A DNA stretch of 63,247 nt, counting the filler, from Psammoneis japonica (lineage: Eukaryota), in NCBI GenBank assembly GCA_008632985.1. It is 4 parts of 4 records of this genome, joined end to end, with 100 filler letters (N's around TTAATTAATTAA, not from the genome) between each part and the next. Parts side by side here need not be neighbours in the genome. Positions count along the whole stretch, not along the records: positions 1 to 26,410 come from QPGO01000231.1; 3 more parts are not named here. The stretch is one strand, 5' to 3'. How positions within the stretch are numbered: the first letter of the stretch is position 1; each line of letters starts with the position of its first letter. Below, one piece after another: positions 1-11,400 of the stretch. Under the pieces are notes generated by a model. That model saw only the letters and a list, made by a program, of their open reading frames with translations, ran no database searches and was not told the origin of the DNA. The position numbers and the translations under genes were made by a program.

Positions 1-3000
1 TTTTTTTTGTCTCACTCTTTGGAGTGAAACATTTGGTGGTTTGTGTGATTTGTCATTTGGCATCAGCAGGGTGCTTGTTGTTGTGCAAGTTTGCAGTTTG
101 CATTCACACCTTTGACAACCCACCCACAGCCATCACAGACTGCCAAGGCAAGTGCATCAATGAAGAGCACAGGCAGCCCAGTGGGATGATCTTTTAGCAA
201 CATTGACTTGCTGGTTTGACAATCATTGAAGGCCACTCAAATGACAAAAAAGTGCAGTCCCACCATGCTGACCATGTTGGCAGCAACCATCACACAAAAT
301 GTGCCACATTTGCACGCATCCACAATGAGGGCTACATTGTGGATGACTCACCAACTGATCAGTCAACAGACTTTGTGTCATGCACTCAGGTGCTGTTGAA
401 CATTCTGACAACATGGAGGAGGAGACCAAAGGGGAGAGTTTTGAGAATGATGATGCACTTGCACTCATGAAATCTCCCAACAGCAAGCCCAACACCCCAG
501 CCAACTGACACCAAGACACCTTCCCAACAAGTTTGAGCTCATTCATTAACAAAATGTGTCAATGCTGGGAACAGTGTGCTTGCCACTGCTCAACTCCACC
601 ACTGCCATCAACAGCATGAAGGAGGCAACACGCTGAACAAAAAGCTGCTGAAACATGTGGGCAGGGACACTGTGAAGCCAAAACAAGGGCAATGGCTCAA
701 AAAGCCAAAGTGAAAAACCCAGCCATTGAGCCAACTGGACTGTGTGTGTGTTGACAGCAAAAAATGTGGACTTGGGCTGCAAAGAAGTTCTGGGGCCAGC
801 AGCTTGATTTGCACATGTTGATGCAAAGAATTGGGTGGGATGAGAGGCACTGATGAAACAAGGTCAAACAACAAGTCCAGAAGACATGTTCCACAAAATG
901 AGACAAAGCATTGTGGCACAGAAACACAGATTTGTTGGTCTAGAGACAAGTCTTGTTGGCCCTGAAAGCATTGGTCATGTCATTGATTTGTGTCATGTGC
1001 CAGGCAATGAAAAAGCAATTGTTCAACTTTCAGTTCTGCAGGGAGCCCACAAGACAAAAGCATTGATGCTGCAACAATGTTCCAATGTGACAAGTGACAG
1101 TTGTGATTGAAACCAAAATTGGACAAAAATGGATTGTGTCATGAGTCATGTTTGACAATTCAAAACCAGCATTGTTCAACAAATGAAAATGGCTTGGCAC
1201 AGCATGTTGCTTTTGAAGGGTGCCACCAGTGGCCCACAAATTCTGGCTGATCCACTTGTGCTTGTGCTGCAACACATCATCAGGCAGTCCACTCTGGAAG
1301 TGTGGGTTTGCCGGTTGCAGGGCAGAGGTGCTGACAACACTTTCAAACAGGTCTGTGCTTTTTTGTCATGGTTAGATTCACACTCATTGCACCATTTTGT
1401 TTGAGACATGACAAGAGGTCAAGCACAAAGTTTGAGAAGGAATGCAATGAAAAATCAAGAAAAGACAATCTTCTTGCCCTCTGCACCCAAAGGGTTCAGG
1501 CCTTTTCCAGAAGCATCTTGGGCCCAGCTTCTGTTCATCTGGTGTCATTGTGTTGGAGATCTGTCATGACAAGCAGAGCACAAAAGTGCAAAATGGCAGG
1601 CTGCTGAGCACTTTAGCTTGATGCTCAAAACAATGAATCATCTCAACACTGTGAGTGATCCCAGGACAAATGATGTTCTGTTTTCAAAAGTCAGATGCTC
1701 CTCCTTGTGCTCAGCAGAGCTCACTGACTCACACACTCATTCAAACAGTGCCGTGGCCTGCATTGCTTCCCAACTTGTTGGTGAAATCTTGGTGTTGGAG
1801 CTGCAGCTGCCAACCAAAAGATTGCTCTGCTCTTCTGTCACAGATGTGCCTGTGAATTGAATCTGCAAGTTTGTTGGAGCTCACAAGGAGCTGGCCAGAA
1901 GCAAACAAGCAGAAACCCACAAAAGTCAGGCATCCAAATGTCACTCTGTTTGCAATGCTGTGGGTGAGTGGCATGAGAATGATTGTCAAGAACTCTGGCA
2001 GAGCATTCCTCACATTGTGCCTCTCAATCTTGTCCAATTCTCCCATCATCATCATTGCACCCACAGGCACCAGTGTGGGTGCTGTTGCACTGCTCCACTT
2101 TGTGCTCAGCAGTGCTCACTCACTCACACACTCATTTAAACAGCAACTTTCTTGGAGTTTGCAAGGAGTTGGTCAGCAGCAAAGTGGAAACCCACAGAAG
2201 TCACACACCTGAGTGTCACTCCATTTGCAATGCTGCAGGTGAGGAGTGTCATGAGAGTGATTGTCAAGAACCCCAGCAGAACATTGCTCATGTTTTGAGC
2301 CACTCAATCTTGGCCAATTTTCTCACAATCATTGCACCCAGAAGTGCCAGCAAGGGTGCTGTTGCACTGCTCAGGACAGCAGTGACAAAAGGTTCCAAGA
2401 AATGCCAGCAGCAAAAATTTTCCAATGACTGCACGGCTGCCAGGCCAGTTGCACCCCCTTCCTTGACTTCAGCAGTGCATTTCACAATGACAATGGCTGG
2501 TGTTGACCAGAGAAAAGCTCTGCAACAAGAACACCCACTGCCAAAGCCACAAATGATCAACCCAAACATGACTCCAGAGATGTCAAAGACACAAAGCAGA
2601 ACAACAGGAGCTCTGGTTGTTGCTGGACACAGCACTGATGCTTGTGCAGAAAATGCACAAAGTGCAGCAGCTGTGTGTGTTCATTGTTGTGACACATGGG
2701 AGGAGAAAATTTGAGTCCAGCCAGCCGCTGCGCACAATCTAGCCAACAACACAATCAGCACAGTGCACCAGTGCCAACATCAATGTGGAACCCTTGATGC
2801 TGTCATGATGACAGAGCAGCAGTGCAACAAGAAGCACACTCCAGTCTGTGTGCCAGCTGGAGAGGAGGGTCTGACAAGTTGCCATGGTTGTCCAGTGTCT
2901 TTTTGTTGGTGACAATCAAACTCACATTCTGACCACTCCAGTCATGACTGCAAGCAAGAATCCCATCACAGCTCCCCAACAGTGCTTGTTTGTGCACTTG

Positions 3001-3440
3001 GCCACTTCTTCTGGAACAATTTTTGTGGGTGAAGTGAACAGCTCTGTGCATGAGAAACTGTCACAACAAGAATGCCCAACCACCAACTCCCAGTTAAGGC
3101 CTGGTGCACAAGTTGGAAGTGCACTGAGGCCAGTTCCTGAGCACAGCAAAGGCAGTGTTCCACAAAGCTGGCTCCAGCAAACAAGTGGTTGCAGCCGAAA
3201 GCGCAGCAGCAAAGACTGCATCATTGTGGTCAACACTAACTTCACCCACAACATGCAAATTTGCCAGCAGCAACAGGCTGCTCAGCATCAGAAAGACAGC
3301 AGCACCTGTTGCAGACTTCGCTGGCGCTGTGACACCTGTGCTTTGCTCGCTCAGGCAAAAGAGCGGCACACCAGGCGATCTGCGATTGAGCTCATTTAGA
3401 CAGTGTGTGCTTGTAAGTTGTGGACTTGATGAAAGGACCT
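1..3440. repeat. Unclassified degenerate interspersed repeat (family A), copy 1; CpG- and TpA-depleted
   Basis: Near-identical inverted copies at ~41730-45210 and (partial) ~57640-59518. About 10 TA dinucleotides in 3.4 kb by eye. Only spurious Cys/His-rich, Tyr-poor ORFs. Internal ~277-bp diverged tandem duplication (~1905-2100 vs ~2185-2375). Confidence 0.85.
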
Positions 3441-3837
3441 AACCTTGGCATCCGTGAAGACACATGATGTTGTTTTGCTTTTTTACGTGCTCTATTCTCA
3501 ACTACATCACAGTCAGTGCCAGCACAAGCGCAACACATGACATAAAACTAACAACGAACGAACGAACGAACATCACACCGGAACTTCGTCTGTCGAAGTA
3601 CGAGTCACAGGTGATGCAGATGATCTGCAAAAAATAAAAAAGCCAAGAAACAACGCCCATCACCATCACCCATCATCATCACCATTCACATTCGCACTAC
3701 TCCTCTTTTTATACTGTACCCTATCAACCCTAAACAAAATATATATCGCTCATTCTATCACAGCACTCGATATGTTTGATTCCATGAGAATATCTGCAGA
3801 GAGATCGCTCTATGATGCGGGTAGATCGAGACGGACA

Positions 3838-5259
3838 ATGTCAACAGCGAAACCAAGGAAATCGTTTGTCGTGGTGTGTTTCACGATTATGTTAACAGTT
3901 GAGCGCTCAATGGTTTCGGCGTTTTGCCTGGCTTCTAGTAGCAGTGTCAATTGTCCAGCACGATCGAAACCTTGCTTTGCCAAGCCGCCTCCAGCCTTGA
4001 GCTTTGATTTAGATGCCATTGAAGCCTTTGAGGAGCAGCTCGAAATGGATGGAGCTGACCTAACGCCCATGGACGACGAGGACGACTTGGAGTTTGAGGC
4101 TGACTCTGGAGAAATAAAAGAATACATGGTACCGGATGAACTTCATAACAAACGTCTCGACGTGGCCGTTGCAAAGCTGGAACCTACGTTGTCTCGATCT
4201 CATTGTGGTCATCTCATCACAGACGGAAATGTTCGTATTGTTGGAAAGAACGATCAACAAAACATTGTACAGACAAAATCCACAAAAGTACAAGCCGGAA
4301 TGAGACTAGTTGTTCAACATCCTGCAGAGGAGAAGCCCACAGAGATCATCGCACAAGATTTGCCTCTTGACATTCTCTTTGAAGATGAACACATGATTGT
4401 TTTGAACAAGGCGGCTGACATGGTGGTACATCCCGCGGCTGGCAATTGGGACGGAACGGTTGTGAATGCGCTGGCTTATTATCTCGCCAATGTAAGTCCA
4501 TATGGTACTGGGGACTTTGTAGACGTAGACGGAAGTGTCGATCCAAAAGAGGCTGAGGGTATAAATGTGGATGGCACCGAGGGAGAAGCCATATCGTTTC
4601 GCCCGGGCATTGTTCACCGACTAGACAAAGGAACCACTGGGGTGTTGGTGGTGGCAAAGACACGAGCTGCTCTCGCCACATTGTCCGAAGCGTTTGCTGC
4701 TCGTCAGGTTAAAAAGACATATATTGCTATTACGGTTGGGAACCCCGGAAAGAGAGTTGTGATTGATAAACCGATTGGAAGACACCCGACGTATCGACAA
4801 CGCATGAGAGTTGTTCCAGATCCACACCGAAAAAATAGGAATCGTATGGCTCCCAAAGATCGAATCCCTAGTAATTCGACTGCGGGACGTCGGGCTCTCT
4901 CTTTTGTTGACAGCCTTGCCTTTGACGGAAAGCTGAGTGTAGTGCAGATTCGTATTGAAACTGGTCGTACTCATCAGATTCGCGTTCACCTACAAGATCG
5001 ACACACACCAGTGTACGGGGACGATGTGTATGGGTTGTCAGACTGGAACAAGAGATTATCCAAAACGCATCAGATACGGCGTCCACTCTTACACGCGCAA
5101 AAGCTAGAACTCGACCACCCCGTCACTGGAGAGCACATGGTGTTTCTTGCCCCACTTGCAAATGACATGTTGCGAGTAGCAACTAACGTGTGGCCCCAAG
5201 GGAAGACTGAGAGAGCAGATCTCTTTGTTGGATCGACCGGTGATGATCTCTCACAGTGA
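3838..5259 (+). CDS. rluD: RluA/RluD-family RNA pseudouridine synthase with S4 domain, probably plastid-targeted
   Basis: S4-like RLDVAVAKLEPTLSRSH; motifs LNKAADMVVHP, GIVHRLDKGTTG (catalytic Asp), TGRTHQIRVH, GDDVYG and LLHA. The N-terminus MSTAKPRKSFVVVCFTIMLTVERSMVSA-FCL resembles a signal peptide plus ASAF cleavage motif. Start ATG uncertain (3772/3838/3889). Confidence 0.9.
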   Translation: MSTAKPRKSFVVVCFTIMLTVERSMVSAFCLASSSSVNCPARSKPCFAKPPPALSFDLDAIEAFEEQLEMDGADLTPMDDEDDLEFEADSGEIKEYMVPDELHNKRLDVAVAKLEPTLSRSHCGHLITDGNVRIVGKNDQQNIVQTKSTKVQAGMRLVVQHPAEEKPTEIIAQDLPLDILFEDEHMIVLNKAADMVVHPAAGNWDGTVVNALAYYLANVSPYGTGDFVDVDGSVDPKEAEGINVDGTEGEAISFRPGIVHRLDKGTTGVLVVAKTRAALATLSEAFAARQVKKTYIAITVGNPGKRVVIDKPIGRHPTYRQRMRVVPDPHRKNRNRMAPKDRIPSNSTAGRRALSFVDSLAFDGKLSVVQIRIETGRTHQIRVHLQDRHTPVYGDDVYGLSDWNKRLSKTHQIRRPLLHAQKLELDHPVTGEHMVFLAPLANDMLRVATNVWPQGKTERADLFVGSTGDDLSQ

Positions 5260-5367
5260 AGAAATGAATATCATATAGTATGGAACTCGTTCAGGAAACA
5301 GAATGGGTATTGTTTTTAAAAGTCTTTAGCTTGCTTCCCACAAGAGCGAAAAGGTTGTTCCATCCTT

Positions 5368-6692
5368 TCAATCTTGCCCGTAGAGCATAGGAACGTCACT
5401 TCGTTTTGTGTACTGAAGCATATACGCACTGCTTGTTCGGCCACCCCATCCATTTGATCCTGCCCGGCCTATAAGGCGACTCAGCGGATTTCTGTTTTGT
5501 GCATTGGGAGAACCGGCGTCATCGGCTATCCCCCCCCAGCTCCATAGGCATCCGTAACCATATCACGAAAGCTCACCTCCGTAACTTCATGGTCATTGAA
5601 ACGATACCAAGTGTCTTCCTCTATCTCAGGACGGACGTATGAATAGTAATGGCCTGAGCCGTACTCGCCCACGTGTACAACCACCGACTGCAAATCGTAA
5701 ACTGCATTGTTGCCGCGCAGCTGCTTCGCTGGAATATCACTGCATACCTCCGTAAGGTCCAGCACCTTTGGGAACGAGAAGCGGTCATTGATTTTGCTCA
5801 CTATGCCCGTATTCCAGTCATATTGAAACCGCTTTAGATGAAGCTGAAGAACGGATGGCAGCCCGTGGGATTTCAACAAGGATCCTTTCAAAGCATCTAC
5901 CTTATCAGCACCCCTTTCGGGCCTCCACCCGTTTCCTTCCTTTTCGCTTAAAAGCTCGGGAGCACCAAACATCCCTTTTATAGACGCAAGAGCGGAGCGA
6001 CTTTGAAACCCATCAATGAACAAGACAGAGACAAAGAAACATTGAAAGCATTGCGACAGATAAGGGGAGGAGCTCGAACGTCATTGATGAAAATCATACC
6101 TTTTGACTTCTAAAGACAAATCTAGAAAAGGTTCCTCTCGCCGCCTTTCCTTTCTACTCCCGTCGACAGCAGATATGTAATCCTCATAAGCTCCCTGATA
6201 CAAATCCAACAGTTTCGGATGTTGCAGAGCAGGCAATAACAGCTTCCAGAACTCTTGTGAATCCTGCTGCTCCATTACATGAATACCCAGATCATGGCAA
6301 AGCATTCTTGGTGCTACGGAAGAAGCAAAGTCCGTCTTGGACGACTTCTCCATCTGTACAAAGACATCGCGCAGCGCCTTGAGGGCAACGCTCGCTTGAG
6401 AGCCGTCCTCCGTCTTGGTATCAAGTTCAGCATCCTCGTTCGAGGATGTAGGTGGCTCACGAATAATGAGCTGTCGAATCCGAGGAATATGGAAGGCACA
6501 TTGAAGCTGAGCATTCATATAGCATGTGTTTCCCAAGTTTTGTAATCCCGTCGAAACCAACGTTCTGGAACTTTTCGTTTTGATATCCGAAAGCCCGGTT
6601 GAAACGTGTCGGGCTAGAGTAAACACACCAAAGAGAAATAGAGTGTTTCTGAGTCGATTGGCAGAAATCATAGGAGGCTGAATATGTACCAT
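5368..6692 (-). CDS. Ubiquitin-specific protease (peptidase C19) with N-terminal signal-peptide-like segment; 2 exons
   Basis: Cys box GLQNLGNTCYMNAQLQC, QQDSQEF, LHLKRF and His box VVVHVGEYGSGHYYSY...WYRFND. GT-AG intron 6099-6001 joins the ORFs in frame. The terminal motif SAYMLQY lies one base out of frame after a G8 run (5530-5537), with a stop at 5368. Confidence 0.9.
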
Positions 6693-7280
6693 TTCCCCTA
6701 CCAGCGATGCAATGATCCAAAAGCTGTCTTCTTTATATCTTGGTTTCCTCTCTGGAACCTCTCCTTTAGAACAACATCAAGCAACAATAATCCGTCATCA
6801 TCCATCACCGCATCCAGCATCGTCAATCATCACCTGTCACTTTCAATCCGCGCAAACCCAACGCGCATGCATCGGGTTCTGGGTTCTCGCCGTCCTACCG
6901 GTACCGGCATGTTCTGTTAGCTCCTTGTTCCGTTAGTCTAGTCTTTGCTTCACAAGATAGCCCGTAATGGTAAAAGTGAAATGTAAGTTGAGTCTCTGTC
7001 TTGTCGTACGACTACAATAGAAAAAATGCTGCTCCATGTTGAATGTGCTCGAGCGGCTCATGATCGACAGGTACAGTAGGACTAGCGGGGGCTAGTGAAG
7101 AAATCTCTTTGATACGAATGCTTTTCAAAAGAGTAATCAATACGGTAAACTACTGCATCTCGCTTCTTTAATTAAATTCTTTACTTTGCGCATTCTCTGG
7201 TAGCATATTATGGTTCCTAGCCATCGAGCCTTTCTTTCCCTCTTCGGGTTTTCGTCCGATATTTTTGGCTTTTTAACGCC

Positions 7281-7994
7281 TTACTTCTTTTTCGGAGGAG
7301 GCAAATCTTTCTTACGCTGCGCTTCGTAAAATGATTCGAGCCTCTTTTGAAATTGCTCGTCGTGCTCCCTCCTCATCTCTTTCACCTTATCCTCGAGCGC
7401 CTTTGCGGCCTCTCCCAGATGCCAATGCTGCGTCTCTGCATGAGGAATATGCTTGACGCCACGTTCCTGGCGCTCCGCCAGCATTTCGTCGTCCAACGTA
7501 GCACAAGCTTGTATGAGAGAATCAATCAGGCCCTCGACGCGAGACAACTCTTCCTGATTGACCTCGGCGACTCTGTGAAATTTGGTATGGTCGTGGTGCA
7601 AAGAGGGTTCCACATGTTCCAATCCTTTGGCATTGACCTCTCGTTCGTGTAGACGGTCCACGACACGGACCAGCATGTCGGCAGAGCACTTTTTCTCGCG
7701 GAGTTTATCTAGAAGAGGCCTGTCAGAAAAGAAGAGGCCATCAATGACCCTGTCGGTTTCCTCGTCGCGCTTTGCCTTTTTCGTCAAGAGGTCAGCGTGG
7801 ACCGCGTGCTCGTCTGCTTCCGCTTGGGCACGGAGCTCTCGTGCCATGCGAAGCAAACGTTCTGCTTCGCTTTCCTTGGTAGAAAATAAGGCGCTCTTGC
7901 AAAGGCGGCGTGGCTTGGGAACAACAACAAAAGAGTCACACAAACATACCGCTGCGAGAAGGCATGTCAGAGCTGATATCTTTGTACCCCACAT
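7281..7994 (-). CDS. Hypothetical helical/coiled-coil protein with bipartite plastid-targeting leader
   Basis: Clean 237-aa ORF from ATG 7994. Leader MWGTKISALTCLLAAVCLCDS-FVVVPKPRRLCKSALFST gives a signal peptide, +1 Phe and a basic transit peptide. Normal CpG/TpA content. Confidence 0.8.
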   Translation of the reverse strand: MWGTKISALTCLLAAVCLCDSFVVVPKPRRLCKSALFSTKESEAERLLRMARELRAQAEADEHAVHADLLTKKAKRDEETDRVIDGLFFSDRPLLDKLREKKCSADMLVRVVDRLHEREVNAKGLEHVEPSLHHDHTKFHRVAEVNQEELSRVEGLIDSLIQACATLDDEMLAERQERGVKHIPHAETQHWHLGEAAKALEDKVKEMRREHDEQFQKRLESFYEAQRKKDLPPPKKK

Positions 7995-8425
7995 CGTTCG
8001 GAAAGAGTCACAAAGCGTCCTATGGCTCGTTCTGGTACTTTGAACTTCCCGTTTCAATTTCCTCCTCGGTTACTCTTGAGACTATGATATGGTCGTCTTC
8101 GTTGCCAAACCCGAAACTCAAAAACACAAGACAATGTCGAGAAGATCCATCATGAGCAGGCTGGATGGCAGGCTGGCACGCACGCACAAAGCAGATCCGA
8201 TTTCGTGCCGCGTCATCAAATAACGGTCATGTCAACTTTATTTAGGGAAGAAGAACACTAACATAAACATATTAATATGTGAATAAAGTAATAGAAATGC
8301 TAATCTTGCTTTGCAAATCTGCCACCCGTCGTCTGTGCGATCTTTGTGCGGTGCGTAGATAGACCTGCCGGCACTACCATGAGCCCTGAAGCCGTCGCTT
8401 CACCTCATTACATACAGAGTGTTCG

Positions 8426-11400
8426 ATGCCTTGTATGATTGAATCGACTGCCAATGATTATAAGCGACGTCGAAGAAGGCGTCGTAAGAGAGAGACGTTT
8501 CGGATTCTAAAATATGTTGGACTTTTTACGTTTGCCTACAGTCTGACAGTAGGCTGCTCCTTTGCACCGCTGTCGAAGTTCATCGGCTCTCGTCGAGGCA
8601 TGCACAAGCCACGAGGCTCTGTATCAGTTTTTGTATCAAAATCTAGAATAAATATTGAGCAACCCGACAACCAGAAGAGTTACTGGATGCCCCCAGAAGA
8701 AGTGGAGAGGCTCAAGGAAACTGTTGATATCGTGAGAGTTGTTGAAAGCTACGGTCTGCCAGAATTTCGACGAAGGAGTGAAACGAGTGCTGTCGCTCGT
8801 TGTCCGTTTCACGACGATCATAATCCATCTCTTAATGTGGATTCAACGAAACGCATATACAAGTGCTTTGCCTGCGGTGCGGGCGGAGATGTATTTCAGT
8901 TTGTACGGCAAATCAGCGACGTGCAGGGAGAACCAATGACGTATGGCCAAGCAATTGCGCACGTGGCGAAAGAATATGGGGATGGTTCTTTTGAACTACA
9001 AAGCAGCAGTACGAATGATAGAATGAGTGATGAAGAGCGCCAAGCAATGCGGGCCAAGAAGGAACGATTGATGCTCGCCAATGCGGCAGCTGCAGACTTT
9101 TACGCGAATTGTCTCATGACGTTACCATCAGCGGGTGTGGCACGATTCTATCTTCAGTCACGTGGTCTGTCACCTGCCACGGTCCGAACGTATGCCATGG
9201 GCTTTGCACCAGATGCTTTTTATTCGTCATCATTGGCAGGTAAAAAATGGGGCGACGGGAGTCTCGTGAATCGACTTTGTGAGTTAGGCTTTGCACCGGA
9301 TGAAATTGTTGACGCTGGATTAGCAATTCGTACCAAGAAATCGGAATGGGGCAAGCATCAGAATAGAACAGGCTCTGACTCTTTGCTGCAGAAAGATGGA
9401 AATGCAACTGCGAGCCATGATTACTCAAATTTGATGGATCGCTTCCGTAATCGCCTTGTAGTCCCTATTTTTGATGCACGAGGAAACAAGGTGCTTGGCT
9501 TTGGGGGACGCGTTCTGTCAGACGAACCTTTAAGCAACAAGACAACCAACTTCAAGGCTCCAAAGTATTTAAATAGCCCCGAGTCGTTGGTATTTCAAAA
9601 GAGTCATTTGCTGTTTGGGCAGCACGTTGCGCAAGCTGCTCTCCAAGATACAAAGGCCGCCGCCACAAGCAAGAAGGAGCAATCGAATTTCATCGTTCTG
9701 GTGGAGGGTTACATGGATGCAATTTCCCTGTCGGAAGTTGGGATTCAACAAGTTGTTGCTAGCATGGGAACCGCTGTATCGGAGCAACAAATTGGAAACG
9801 CAGCGAGAACGGTTGGATCACACGGTGGTAAGCGCTTTAGAACAATGAAGTATCATTGTGTGATGATTCGTACGGATGCAGCTGACTCACCCCTTGTCAT
9901 TTCCAAACAGGCCGAATCGTGCTATGCCTTGACGCGGATCAAGCCGGAATCAACGCGATGGAACGTCTATGCAGTGGAAACATCTTGTCAAAGACCTGCG
10001 ACAGGTATGCGGTTGAAATTGCCATAGCCACATTGCCTGGTGGGATCAAGGACCCTGCGGAATTCATTGAAGCACGTGGTGGAGCCCAGAAAGCCGGTGA
10101 GGACTTTAAAACGCAAATAATAGACACCGCCAAAGATTGGACTGTATGGTATCTGGAACAGCTCATGTCACGGTATGACCCAAAGGCGCTGCGAGGCAGT
10201 CCGGCAACCTTTGCGGGTGTCTGCGAACGCGTTTCTGACTTTCTTGCTAATTTTAAGAATCCGGGGGAACGCACCAAGCGTTCGTATGAGGTGGCCGGGA
10301 TTCTCTCAAAAGTCGTATCTGGAGGCGATGACGGGGAATCCAATAGTGCTTTGCGCATCCAGCTGGAATCCGACCTGGTGGCAATGACATCAAGAAAAGC
10401 CGCTGCCAAAGATTCAGTGACGCGACGGATTGAGCAAGTCGACGGCGTTGAACCTGACGTTGTTAGATCTATGCAAATGAAAATGTCCAGCGGTGAAGGA
10501 TTAGTAAAGATTGACAAGGACTCAAATGATTCCAAGAGTCCTTTGCAGACAAGCGCGAGTCGTGAACAGGCTAGAGTGCCGCCGACTTTTGATATCAATC
10601 AATCTCCCAACCCACAGCGTCGTAAGATGCGACCAAGAAACCGCGCACGCCCCCCGTTGACACCGCATTTTGCCGGGTTCAATTTTGCCAACCAAATGAT
10701 GCAGCCTGGCTGGGGGCACCACGAAACAAGGTGAGCCACCATTGTGTGCCATAGCACGTGTGTCCTTCTGTATTCAAATCCGAAATCCCCAACGTCCATC
10801 GTCATGCTTTTATCTTCGCCCTTCTCCCAGCTATCAAAGAAGAAAGACTTTCTGACCCTTTGCGGTATGGAAGTGACGGAAGCGTGGGCAAAGCGTGATG
10901 CAGCTCGAAAAGGATACGATCATGTTCCTGGATTCCTTCGTGATGACATTGTGTATTTTAATTCAAACGAGTACCACGGCCAGCAATTCTTGACGCGGGA
11001 AGCAATAATGGCTGGGTACGTTGACGAAAAGACTAGCAACAATGGCGCTCTTCTCCAACACGGTGTTTCAACGCTCGTCAGACATGAGCCGGAGAAAATG
11101 CTGGTGTCAGCCGAAAATCGGCTGCTTCGCACCATGATAGACTATGCGCCTGCTAGAAATGCAATGAAATCTTCGATTGTATCAAGTGACGCCACCGGAA
11201 CATCTACCCGCATCGAGTGGAGCAGCCCAGAGAAAGAATGGCTCTACCAGCTTTTGGTGGACCCTGCTGATCCAATTCCTCCTGAGCTGCTCGATTCTGG
11301 CGATCTGTCTCAACTCTGGGGTACTCTTTCAAACAGACCTGATGTAAACGCTGGGGCCTTTGGCTTGACAATACCAGCAGCCTTGGAGAAAGCTTCCGTT

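Noticed and set aside
216..3442. Dense overlapping Cys/His-rich ORFs on both strands here and in the other repeat blocks
   Set aside because: Artefact of TAA/TAG loss and TG/CA excess; not metal-binding proteins or overlapping genes.
8426..10730. DnaG and RluD as bacterial contamination or recent HGT
   Set aside because: DnaG has spliceosomal introns, both have plastid-type leaders, and both sit among eukaryotic genes.
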